Notes under the pieces: model-generated | The model's input: the letters and a program-made list of their open reading frames with translations, nothing else | Database searches by the model: none | What the model was told of the DNA's origin: nothing | Program-made: the position numbers and the translations under genes | Shown: in pieces, positions 22,256 through 33,697 of the stretch | Position numbering within the stretch: position 1 is the first letter of the stretch | Layout of the letters: each line of letters starts with the position of its first letter | Source: Fistulifera solaris | Taxonomy: Eukaryota | Length of the DNA: 64,000 bases | NCBI GenBank assembly: GCA_030295235.1 | Contig: AP026162.1 | Location: 2,046,001 to 2,110,000, forward strand | Reading direction: 5' to 3'

Positions 22256-24421
22256 TTAGTTACTTGTCTCTGTTGCTCCGATGAGCTTCGTCTTTTCAAC
22301 AAGAGAATCGATTACGCGAAATTGTCGTGTCCATTGCACATTGTACAAAAACTGACGCAGATCAAAGCGATTATCATCAGGAGAATATCCCTCTGCATGA
22401 TACGCTGGGGTGATTGTGCACATTTTGTGTCGGTTCACTGAGTAATAGAAAAAGAACTTCTTCACTTTTGCTGCAACTTGACTAGGTTCTAAATGATTCC
22501 AGTACACACAAAGCTTTCGGTACATGGAAACAGGCCCGCATCTCGAAATCTTTCTGAGCTTCCCAAACCAGCCGAGCTCTTCATATGTCATTCCCATTTC
22601 CTCTTCATCGAGTTGGGAATGCTCTATATCATCCGAAGGACCCTCTGTTTGTGCGCGAGGTCGTAATTCTGCCGTCGGTGGGGCGCCGGCGATTTCCTTT
22701 AGTACGTCCCATCCGTACTGTTCTGAGACCCAAATTAACATCTTCTTCAAATCATGTTTAGATATAGCTCCAATCGGATTCAAATCTGCGGAAGAACAGT
22801 CATATTTCGTCATATATCCTCGCAAGCCTTCATCTACATTAGCACTCCCTAAAACAAGTAAAAACCCACTCCGACCACGCACCCACGGAAGCAGCTGAGC
22901 ATAAAGATAGGCGGTTACCATCCTCAATCGTGCCTGAATGTTTTGCAAGGCCAAGTCTTCCGACATTTGACCCCCTTGCGAAGCATACCGCGGGGTCTTT
23001 CCTGTTGTCAAAGAAAACACCTGGATGACCGCTTCCACCATTCGATCTATGGTAATGCAGAGATGATACGAACCGATGGTTTCTCCCAATCGTTTGGCGC
23101 GAGAAGCCGTCTTTTCGGAAGAATTTTGGGTACCCATGTACGTGGTATGTAATATGTGATGAGCTAATTCCTGTGGCGTCTGTGGTACCCACGGAGCTTC
23201 TTTGCGGCAAATTGATCGACAATCGTGAGCGGTCGAACCTTCCGGGTCGGCTTGAGCCGCTTGGGTTACCTTGACACACATTGCACCGACAATGGCAGCC
23301 ACCGAAGACGAATCTGCGCCACCCGAAAGCGGCAGAAAGAATCCGGCAGCACCAGATCGTCGCAAATAATCCCAGAGCCAGCAGGCGGGTCCCAAGCAGC
23401 ATTCCTCTTCGGGTCGGTGGGAAACGAGATCTCTCGGCAAACTGGGAATAGCCAAAGACTGTGACGAAACTCGAAAATCCTTACAGTGCAAAAGAGGCGG
23501 ATTGTTTTCAGCAGCCGCCGCCTGTACTCCAAACGAAGGAATGGAAGCACGGTACGACCGAACATCATCTAAATCCACCGTCGCCGCAATGACTTCGACT
23601 TCATCGTCCACAGCGAATTGTTGCGCTTGCGCCAGCACTTGCCCATTACAAACAATCAAGGCACCCCCATCAAAATAAAGACGTCCGCCATCACACCCAC
23701 GTTGATTCGCGTACAGATACACACCACCACATTTTCGTGTGGCGGCAACAATGAGCTCCAACCGTTGATTCAATTTGCGCAATTCGTGATGACTCCCGGA
23801 TCCGTTGCCAATAATTTCGACACCTTGCATGGCGTGCGCAATGTGCGTGGATTGGGGTGTCCATAATTCTCCACAGCTTTCCACTCCAATGGTGACACCA
23901 TCGGCCGTTTGCAATGATTGGATCCCAAACGGTGCCGTAGTCTGATTGAATTTGGTCGCAAAGGATTCGGGGAGTAGGAGGACTGACGGAGTATTCTGAG
24001 TGGGTCGGTACGCCGTAAAATAACGCGACTCGCGATAATTTCCATTGTCGGCCATGGCGATTTTCGGTCGAATGAGTAGAATTTTGCGATTGCAGGCGAG
24101 GATACGACAATTGTAACGAACGCCTTGATAGAGAACGGGCATACCAAAGTCGCACAGCAAATCATCTGTCGCTCCTCGTTCTAACAATTCTTCCAAACTC
24201 TCCCAACAATGCGCAAAAGTATCTTGCTCTAAGAAATGATCTTCACAGCCGTATCCGGAAATTTCCAATTCCGGTCCCAGTCGGTAAAAGGCACCCAATT
24301 CTTTCGCTCGTTGACAACTCGTTAAAATGCGTTCGAGATTGCCATCAAAATCTAATGCCCATTGATTGAGATTACAAGTCGCCACGGTCACTAGATTGCC
24401 TTTTCCGTACGTTCCTGTCAT
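22256..24421 (-). CDS. NADSYN1: Glutamine-dependent NAD+ synthetase
   Basis: Nitrilase domain (NQWALDF, GPELEISGYGCEDHF, RPK, C.ELW) + PLSGGADS, NIQARLRM, YDCSSADLNPIG, PPTAEL. Confidence 0.97.
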   Translation of the reverse strand: MTGTYGKGNLVTVATCNLNQWALDFDGNLERILTSCQRAKELGAFYRLGPELEISGYGCEDHFLEQDTFAHCWESLEELLERGATDDLLCDFGMPVLYQGVRYNCRILACNRKILLIRPKIAMADNGNYRESRYFTAYRPTQNTPSVLLLPESFATKFNQTTAPFGIQSLQTADGVTIGVESCGELWTPQSTHIAHAMQGVEIIGNGSGSHHELRKLNQRLELIVAATRKCGGVYLYANQRGCDGGRLYFDGGALIVCNGQVLAQAQQFAVDDEVEVIAATVDLDDVRSYRASIPSFGVQAAAAENNPPLLHCKDFRVSSQSLAIPSLPRDLVSHRPEEECCLGPACWLWDYLRRSGAAGFFLPLSGGADSSSVAAIVGAMCVKVTQAAQADPEGSTAHDCRSICRKEAPWVPQTPQELAHHILHTTYMGTQNSSEKTASRAKRLGETIGSYHLCITIDRMVEAVIQVFSLTTGKTPRYASQGGQMSEDLALQNIQARLRMVTAYLYAQLLPWVRGRSGFLLVLGSANVDEGLRGYMTKYDCSSADLNPIGAISKHDLKKMLIWVSEQYGWDVLKEIAGAPPTAELRPRAQTEGPSDDIEHSQLDEEEMGMTYEELGWFGKLRKISRCGPVSMYRKLCVYWNHLEPSQVAAKVKKFFFYYSVNRHKMCTITPAYHAEGYSPDDNRFDLRQFLYNVQWTRQFRVIDSLVEKTKLIGATETSN

Positions 24422-25200
24422 TCTTGTGCTTTCGTAATTGCAATGACGAAAGGATCGAGAGCTTTGTTTCTATATATAAGAGACGTACTCCTACCTTTTC
24501 AGTTGTTGTCGTGCATATCTTTTTTGTCGTGCACTTGTATTATCTGCGGCAAACAAAACATCAAAGAGCAAACGAACGCGACGGCTTTTTACTATGTCGT
24601 AAAGAGACAGGGACATAATTTCCGACTCATCTATGCTCGAGTCCCGAACAGTGCCTGCTCACGTTCTTTCCGTGAAAGGCGACGTAATGATCACTGTTTC
24701 AGAGCTATGATTGATAAAAAAATCCTGCAAAATATTTACTGCTGTATCGTTCTTGCTGATGTTAATTCTGTTTTAGCTATGAATACTTTGTAAGCGTCAA
24801 CTTTGTTTCGTGGAGTCAAACCATGAACGACTATAGCGTAAAGAGAAATCTTGAGTCTTAATGAAACTCCCTTTTAGGTAGCTCTTTTTATTATTATATT
24901 ATTATGTTTGAAAAAAGATTTTTTTGGGTGTTTGTGATTTGTGAGATCAGGCAAGAGATGTAAATAGCTTATGTTGCTATGTTGCTGTCTCTTTCTGCTA
25001 AAAATACAACAACATACCGTCGCACCGCTTTTCACGCCAGCCGCGCGCAGAGATGCCGCTCATAGCAATGACAACGACGACTTGCTTCATAACAACACTC
25101 TTCCATTTCTCGTCAAACGAACGATATCATCACTGACACGTCCTTAGAGTCCTTCTTTTTCTTTTTCATTCTTGAACGTTTCTCAATTACGTTGTATCGT

Positions 25201-27472
25201 ATGGCACTTCGAACCTTTCACGCGAATCCGTCATTGGGTGGCTTCGGTAATGAATCATCGAATGCTCAACTTTGGCTCGATCGAACGGGAACTACTACTA
25301 CTCCTCGAAGTAAGAACGACGAACCCGTCGATGGAGACGCGTTTGCACAAATTATCAAAGAACTCGTCGACAATGCCGTTGATGCGTGTCTTTCCTCCAA
25401 AAAAGAAGATTCGTCTCCCAAACGAGTCCGTGTCGACATACAACCCACCAAAGAAGATGAGCATTTACTCCGTGTCACCGTGACTGACAATGGCTGCGGA
25501 ATGCACGACATTCAAGCTTGTGTCGACCCCTTTCGAACGAGTAAACAAGATACGGAAAGCAATACGGCCGGACGATACGGGATTGGTCTCACGCTGTGTT
25601 TACTGCACGCCCAGCGGTTGGTCCGCGGGTCCTGTGCCGTCATTCGTTCCGCGACGGCGCAACAAACCGAGTGGACGACCTTGCAATGTGTCGTCGATGC
25701 GGATCAAGACAAAATTCAGTGTACGACACGGATCAGTGGTCATCAACCCAAAGACTTTGTTCAGGAGAGTGGGACCTGTGTCAGTCTACTCGTGCGGGTA
25801 CGTAGTTGCGTGCGACTGCCGTGGGCCTTTATAACTCTCTTATTTCGTGTCATTCTCACTTAGTCTGCTCTCTTTTCTTCAGGGAGGTGCCTGTGCTACC
25901 ATGGCGTGGCCGCGACTCGCCGAATACTTGCAACGATTTCAATTGAGTATCGGTTTGGGTTGTAGTTTAGAAGTGTTGGCTCCGACACTTTCTTCGGTTC
26001 CTTTGTGCATACGAAATCTTCAATCCGTCACGTACGACGTGCAGCAAGAAGATGCGAAGGAGGAAGTGTGGACGGATGGTTTCACGGATTCGGGGCTTTT
26101 TCGTACCGACAAGACAGCGAAGCACACTCGTCCCAAAGTGCCCACCACCAAGGCGAAACGGGAAGGAGAAGAAGAGAAACGTAAAGAGTGGATGTGTAAG
26201 GCGGCACAGCATTACTTGGGTCGAACCGTCCAAGAGTGCAATGTGGCTCATTCCATCGTACCAATTCGTGGCATTGCACTACCCAGTAGTCACACCACGA
26301 AACAGAAAACGTCGAAACGAACGGCTACTGCAGACATGCCTATGTTAGAAGTGGACTTGATTGTATGTGGGGGTATTGAATCGGAGAAAGATTTTGAAGA
26401 AATTTCAAATCAAGACCCTTTCTCAGAAACCGAGTCCACTCCTGACGACTCGGCCATGATCACGTTAGTTCGCATGGTAAATCGTATTCCATTACTTGAT
26501 AGCGCAGAAGCGGAAGCGTGTGGCGTTGCGCAATCCATCGCCTCCAAGAAACGAATTTGGCATTCCTTTGGCTTAGAAGTCAACCGCATTGCTCCGGAAC
26601 CGGGTACGAACTGTGCCAAGCGTCTCCAATTTGCCGTACGAGACAGTGATCAGGTGGCTCCATTCTTTCACAAAAGTAACCACAGTCGTCTACATGTTAC
26701 TGAGGACGAAACAGATGACGACGATGGAGGCTCGAGTGATGAGCCAGAATTGAGACCCAACAATACACTTCGTCGCCGTCGCAAGAAAGGGCATGTCGCT
26801 CTACTTCCCGCCGCCCAGCGTTTGGGTAACATACTCGCGGTGATCCAAATTCACGCAAAGCCTTCCACCTTACCCCTACCAACGTTGTCGAAAGGACGAC
26901 TCCCGTCCGACCATGTAGCTATTGACAACGCCATCGAGGTGGCTCTGACAGATTGTTTACGCAAGCTACAAGCTTCAAACCCAACGCTTTTACTGACCGC
27001 CGGCGAGCTCCGCGTAGCCGAACGAGATGCAAGGTATATTCCGGCAGTATCAGAAGCGCTTTCTTCCATTCTTTTGCGATCGACAAATGCCGCTGAAGTG
27101 GATAATCTCTTGCATGAGAAAGTTCAAAATTGGGATTCGAATGGGCGTGTTGACCGAAACCTGAGAGATCATCCTGATGCCGATATGATGCTAACGACAC
27201 TTTTGGATACTCAGATCCGAACCAGTTTCGTGTCGAATGCCAAGCTCAAAGAAGCGCGTACAAAACGTCCTTCGAAGAAATCAAAGCAGGTCGCCTGTGT
27301 AACACCAGTGGAGTACGAGAATGACATTAGCAATCTGGATCGTCTCTTCGGCTATTCACCAGAATCACAGGATACTTTCACGTCTCTTTCGAAATCCATT
27401 CGCGAATCGGGGAACGAAACACACGAAGATTTTGCATCCTATGGTCAGGAAGATGACTTTTTCGATTTCTAG
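25201..27472 (+). CDS. DNA topoisomerase VI subunit B-like GHKL protein
   Basis: FHANPSLGGFGN; IIKELVDNAVDAC; VTDNGCGM; GRYGIGLT; LVRMVNRIPLL; intron 25798-25882. Confidence 0.8.
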
Positions 27473-27500
27473 CACAGCCCAACTGTCCTGGTAGCTCTTT

Positions 27501-28748
27501 CTAGATCAACCCTCTTTCAATATCCCAAACGTCTCCCAACGGACCTTTTCGTTTGGCCACCACCTGGTCAATTGCTGCTTTTTTCTTCTGGTTTGAGTTG
27601 AAACGAATGTGTCTTCACGTTTTCATCCAAATGTTCCAGATTGCGAACCCCAATCAAAACCGACACAACGGCGGGTGTTTCCAACACGTAACGTTGAGCA
27701 ATATTGGATATATTCGCCGTACTGCAACGTCCATCGAGTCGCACTTGTTTGGCAATTTCATCCATGGTCCCCAGTAGTTCTTGCACCAGTTTCCAATCCC
27801 CAAACCGAGCCGCAGTTCGACTGTACATGCGCATACTGGCGGTTTCGTTCATTTCTTCGGGCGTCGGTGCCTTTCGGTTTAAATATTCGTTGCTCAATAT
27901 ACCGCTCCCGACCGTCCCAAAACCAATCAATCCAATGTTATGGTCGACGCACCAATCGGCCATGCCACTTTGCACCGCGCGTCGGTCCAAAGCCGACAGC
28001 TGCACTTGGTGCGATACGAGGGGCACATCGGCCTGGTGCAGTTCCTGTAAGCGTTTGAGATCAAAGTTGGTGGCTCCAATTTCTTGTATCAGACCCTGTT
28101 CTTTCAGTTCGGTGAGATACAACGCGACATCGACGTATCGTTTGACATTGTAGTCGGACCAGAAGAACTGCACGAGGGGGGAGTTTGTCGACTTGCAGTC
28201 TTTCTCGTGCTTTTTCGATGCGCCGTTTGACTTCGGCTCGATCAATATCTTCTAAATAACGAAAACAACAGAATTTAGTGAGGGGAACAGCATTTGGTTG
28301 CAGCTTGACGAACCGACCGACAATTAGTCTAAGAATAATGAGAGAATGAAGTGAGATGCGGATGGAAGAATGGCGTTGTCAGTGAATGCACTTACTCGGA
28401 GATTCCGTAAATGTCGGCAGTATCCAAGGTGGTAATGCCGGCATCGAAATGTTCTTTCATGTTGGTCAGAACATCCGATTCACGGAAACTACCGTGTCCA
28501 CCCGCCAACTGCCAATGCCCTTGAATCGTTCGAGAAATTTCCAAACTACCCAATCGAGCGGTCGGAACTTTGAGAGTCGTCGCGGCCGATGATGCTGACT
28601 GGGAAGCAACGAGGCCGCTCACGACGGTAGCTCCCTGGAGCGCCTGGCGTCGGGAGAAGAGGCTAGAAGGAGTTGCCGGTTTCGGTGAATAGGCCAATCC
28701 GTCTGTTGTCACGCCGAACGTCAACAGAAGCGTTGCGTAGAAGCGCAT
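27501..28748 (-). CDS. Aldo/keto reductase with bipartite-type presequence
   Basis: GHWQLAGGHG, LDTADIYG, TKFC, IGATNFD, QVQLSALDRR; one intron (~28329-28393); two frameshifts in homopolymer runs. Confidence 0.88.
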
Positions 28749-28894
28749 CGTGTCTATACGTGTGATCTCTCTTTTATTACTGCGTATGAAAATACTAGAA
28801 GATAAAAGCTACTGTTGCCGACAATAAAAAATGAGTTGGCTGATGTGGTGCTAAAGACTAGTGTGGTGAATGCGCGCGAGCAAGAAAAAACGTA

Positions 28895-29738
28895 TCCAGA
28901 ATGTCTGGAATCTGAACTTTTCTTCGTTACGATTTCCAGATACATAACACAGTCCCCAGAATTTCTGGAAGGCGCACAGCATTCTGGTAGGATCCCAAAC
29001 ACCGTCTCCAGAAATTCAGGAGCGTGCACAGCATTTTGGTAGCATTGAAACAACTGGTCCAGAATTTCTGGACCACAACAGAATTTCTGTATGACCCGCA
29101 ACACCGATTCCAGAATTTCTGGAATTTGCACTTTCGTTCTTTATGATCCAAAACACAGTTTCCAGAATTTTTGGAACGCGCACAACAGTCCGGTAGGATG
29201 TCAAACACCGTCTCCAGAATGTCAGGGACGTACACAGCATTTCGGTTGAATCGAAACAACTGGTCCAGAATATCTGGACCACAACAGAAATTCTGTATGA
29301 CCCGCAACACCGATTCCAGAATTTCTGGAATTTTCACTTTCGTTCTTTATGATCCAAAACACAGTTTCCAAAATTATTGCAACCCGCACAACAATCCGGT
29401 AGGATGTCAAACACCGTCTCCAGAATGTCAGGGACGTACACAGCATTTCGGTTGGATCGAAACAACTGGTCCAGAATTTCTGGACAGCCACAAAAATTCT
29501 GTATGACCCGCACCGATTCCAGAATTTCCGGAATTTGCACTTTCGTTCTTTATGATCCAAAACACAGTTTCCAGAATTATTGCAACGCACACAACAGTCC
29601 GGTAGGATGTCAAACACCGTCTCCAGAATGTCAGGGACGTACACAGCATTTCGGGTGGATCGAAACAACTGGTCCAGAATTTCTGGACCACCACAGAATT
29701 TCTGTATGACCCGTAACACCTATTCCAGAATTTCTGGA
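28895..29738. repeat. Palindromic tandem array: 17 cores of ~TCCAGAATTTCTGGA at 51/52-bp spacing, 4-unit 206-bp higher-order repeat
   Basis: Core starts 28895, 28955, 29007, 29058, 29109, 29161, 29213, 29264, 29315, 29367, 29419, 29470, 29518, 29570, 29622, 29673, 29724. Confidence 0.95.
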
Positions 29739-30109
29739 ATTTTAGCACTACGCACAGCGAGCGACCAGAAGATATAGGTACCGGAGCGATGGATTCACGG
29801 TAGGAAGAAAACTAGATTATATAAGGAACTTCCTGTCGTTTCGACGCAAAATGACTCCAAGACTCAAAACAAAGAAAAAAGCCTCTCTATCTTGAACAGA
29901 TAAGAATGTATTTCATTCGAACGAATCATTCTTGTCGTTGCGCTCTTTGGCACAAAAGGGTACACGATACAAAAGTGGCTTCACGTCTGAAGGAATGAAG
30001 CTCACATTCGAACGGATGGGGTGCATTCATCTCATATTTTGAAAACAAACTGAAGCATAGAGAGCCATCGACATCCAAAAAGAATAAATAGTTCATAATT
30101 TTTACTAAT

Positions 30110-32206
30110 ATGGGATCCGAAGACGACACACACGACTTTTTTCGGCGGAGGACTGCACAGCTTTGGCATACTCAATGCTCTACGAACCGGAGATCCGACT
30201 GTGGATATGATCATGGCCATGTGTTTGCCTTTAATTCTAAGGCTCTTGGTGCAAATGATGTACGAACTCCGCGCTCAGATGGAACGTTGGTACTCGTATA
30301 AGGTCATACGACTGCACGAACGGGTCATCGAACAAGCCACAACACGGAATTCGTGGGGTCACACCAACTCGACGGATGAGGATTGTCAAAACTCGGTACT
30401 CATGAAGGCCATCGTCTTGTATCTTCACAAAGTCGTGCAACTGGATATGAAAGAAGCGGATGTCAGTCTGACTTCGACGGAAGACAAGACATCGTCTTTG
30501 GGTCACAACTACTACCATGATGATGATATGATGGACGATGATGAAGAAGACGATCATTCTCGAACGGTGGCGGGAGCCCTTTCCAAGTACACTATTGTCC
30601 AGCGACCACGACCCAATCAATGGTTCACCGTTGGTGATTACGGCAAGCTGGAACCGTCCGAAGTTCGTCTGATCATCGAACATCACGAAGATGAAAACCA
30701 AGGTGGCAAGGAGAATGCGCAAACGAAAATAGTTAAGCGCTTTCGATTTCAAGGGGAATCAGGCGAAGCCATTGATTGCTTTGTTGCCAAGGCTTATCAG
30801 TGGTACTTGGACGAATTGAAAAGATGGATGATCATGCGCGATATTTGTATGAACTGAAGTCGACCTCGGGAGTGCCGACGGAAGACGGCGAATCGAGTAG
30901 CGGTATTGTCTATATGCGATACCGTCTTTCCGATGAGAAGACATTCAATTCCCTCTTCTTTCGTCAAAAGAGTCGCTGTTGAAGATGGTGGATCATTTCC
31001 TGAATCGATCTGGGAAATATGCTGTGGAGGGTTACCCACACAAACTTGGGATCTTGTTACACGGACCCCCAGGGTCCGGTAAAACAAGTCTCATCAAGGC
31101 GCTCGCGCACCTAACGGGACGATCGATTGTGGATGTCCCGCTCGCTCGGATTTCGACCAACGAAGAACTCATGTCGATGTTCTTTGATCGCCGCAAGTTT
31201 GTAGAAGGCCAGGGGATTCCAGTGAAACTTGGATTCAAGGACGTCATTTTTGTCATGGAAGATGTAGATGCGGCCTCTCACATTGTCCGACGTCGTGATG
31301 GGGAAAACGGCCGACGCTCTCGTCGCTCCGGTGAATGTTGACATCCCCGCACCGACCACGCTATGGCACATGTTGCTGGAAAGTAACGAAACCGACTGCA
31401 AAGATCTTGTTCGATTTCTCATGGATGCATCGGATGTATTGAAGGAAGCCGCCATGAAAACTGATTTGCCTGCCCGAGTGGCACGTCGTATAAATTCGAT
31501 TCCTGGGTTGGGGGTATCGGGGGAGGTTTTTGAAGATCCGGCAGTGGATGAATATTGTCAGGAGGCGGTCGATAATGCTAGAAGAATCATCGACAACCAG
31601 TCGACAGTGGATGCCTATCTTGCCAAGCAAGCTCGAGTAATGTTGAACATGCTTGAGAATGGAACTCCTGTCGATGACATGTTTGTTGACGAGCTTCTCG
31701 GAAAGTCACCCCCACGCAATGTAGTGCGATTCTCTTCACCGAGTTCCCGCAGGTGCTCAGTGGAACACACGGAGGAAGAGCTTTCGGAATTCGCGAAAGA
31801 GCTGGCGGACGTTGCCACCCACTCTACGGGAACGGAAGTGGGTCCACAGGCACGGGGAAAGCCCAAAAAGGATCAGCTCAACCTCTCTGGTTTGTTGAAT
31901 GTGCTGGACGGTGTTGTTGATTCGCCTGGACGCATTGTGATCATGACAACGAATCACGTCGAACAGCTGGATCCTGCTTTGATCCGTCCTGGTCGTATTG
32001 ATAAGAAGCTACTTCTTGGGTTTATGGAATCAGTGGATGTGATTGCCATGGTGGAGCATTATTTCCAATTGACGCTGACGGACATCCAAGCCGAGCGAGT
32101 GAAAGCTTCTGTCGAAGGAATGAAGATGACGCCGGCGCAAATTGAACAACTCACAGCGGAATATGATGAAGTGGACGACATGATATCTTCTCTCGAAAAG
32201 AGATGA
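30110..32206 (+). CDS. BCS1-like AAA+ ATPase with a long insertion after Walker B
   Basis: [57 protein letters not shown]; several frameshifts. Confidence 0.85.
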
Positions 32207-32799
32207 AGCAATTTTGAGAAAACGTTTTGTTGCTATTAGAAATTAGACTAAGTCAGCTATAGAATAAAGCGGGCTTTAATCTTCTGCTGCGTCTCTAGTA
32301 ATGTATCGATGGTGACTTATTCTCGGGCTAGGAACTGTTAATAAACTTAGCTCAAGGTCTACTAAAAACTTGACACTAAAATTAATTACGAGAGTCCGGA
32401 CACCGAGCTTTCGTACCGCGTTTCATTTTTTAAAAAATTCGACCGTTGTTCGTTGCAAATTTTCGTTGCAAATGACTTTACACTTTTACATAAAACAAGT
32501 ACCGCTTGAGTGCCATTCATAAATAAACCAACACAATGTACTAGACTTAAGTTAGGGATATCATCGATAATGTACATCAATCCCGTTGAGAACCACCAGT
32601 GCGACGGGCTCGGGTCTCGGATGGCAGATGTTTACAGTAACCTTATGGGTTGCTCTTTCGCGCTGATGATGCGATGACTGCGTTGCAATGTTCAGCAACA
32701 ACGCTCCCTTTCATCGCTGGATCACATCTCTGTCCTTTTCTGTTGCGATTGCACGCTGATTCACCTCGCTTCGATTTGCGACATCGCACTTGAATTACA

Positions 32800-33520
32800 A
32801 TGTTCCTTTTAGACTGGTGGTACAGCGCTCTGGCGAGCTTGGGTAAGTCCTTTCCAGCAATGACTGTTAACGGGGTTAGCGGTCGCAATGAGGCGCGTTT
32901 ATAAAGGATATCGAAGAGAATATAAATGAGAAAGAAATCAACTTCCTTTGTGTTTTTGCTAACAACGGTTCTCATTTCGCGCAGGTCTTTATCACAAAAA
33001 TGCCAAAATTTTGTTTCTGGGCCTCGATAACGCCGGAAAGACAACCTTGTTGCACATGCTCAAGGAGAATCGTGTGCAGGTGCATCAACCCACGTTACAC
33101 CCCAACACGGATGAGTTGATTATCGGAAACATCAAATTTAAGACCTTTGATTTGGGTGGACACGAGACAGCTCGTCGATTGTGGCAAGATTACTTCACGA
33201 CCGTCGACGGAGTCGTCTACTTGGTCGACTCGATTGACCGTGAGCGTTTTCCGGAGGCCAAGGCCGAGTTGGACGCTCTTCTCACGAGTGAGGAGTTGCA
33301 AGATGTACCTTTCCTTGTTTTGGGTAATAAGATTGACGTCCCTACTGCGGCCTCTGAGGAAGAACTGAAATATGCGTTGGGGTTGATGGATACTTACGGA
33401 AAGGATAAGGGACCTGACGCAAACGGAACGGTTCGTCCTATTGAACTCTACATGTGCTCTGTGTTGCGAAAAATGGGTTATGCAGATGGATTCAAGTGGC
33501 TGTCTCAGTTCTTGAGTTAG
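32800..33520 (+). CDS. SAR1: COPII small GTPase Sar1
   Basis: [15 protein letters not shown] | intron 32843-32984 | [30 protein letters not shown]. Confidence 0.97.
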
Positions 33521-33697
33521 ATCATTGGCGATGTTATCCGAGAGCTGTTATCGTGCAATTGGAGAACTGTCACGATCCAGCGATGGATAATTTATGATCA
33601 TAGATATGCACGAAATATAATTGATGGATATGGGTGAGCTATTTACAGTTGTGAATGCGTAGTTTTTCATAATATCTCTTTGACGTGACGCAAAAAA

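Noticed and set aside
28895..29738. CRISPR array
   Set aside because: The linkers recur every fourth unit rather than being unique, there are no cas-like genes, and the context is an intron-containing eukaryotic locus.
28754..29777. Repetitive ORFs over the array (PEILE.., QKFW..)
   Set aside because: They appear in several frames on both strands, and the 52-bp and 206-bp periods are not multiples of three, so they are by-products of the DNA repeat.
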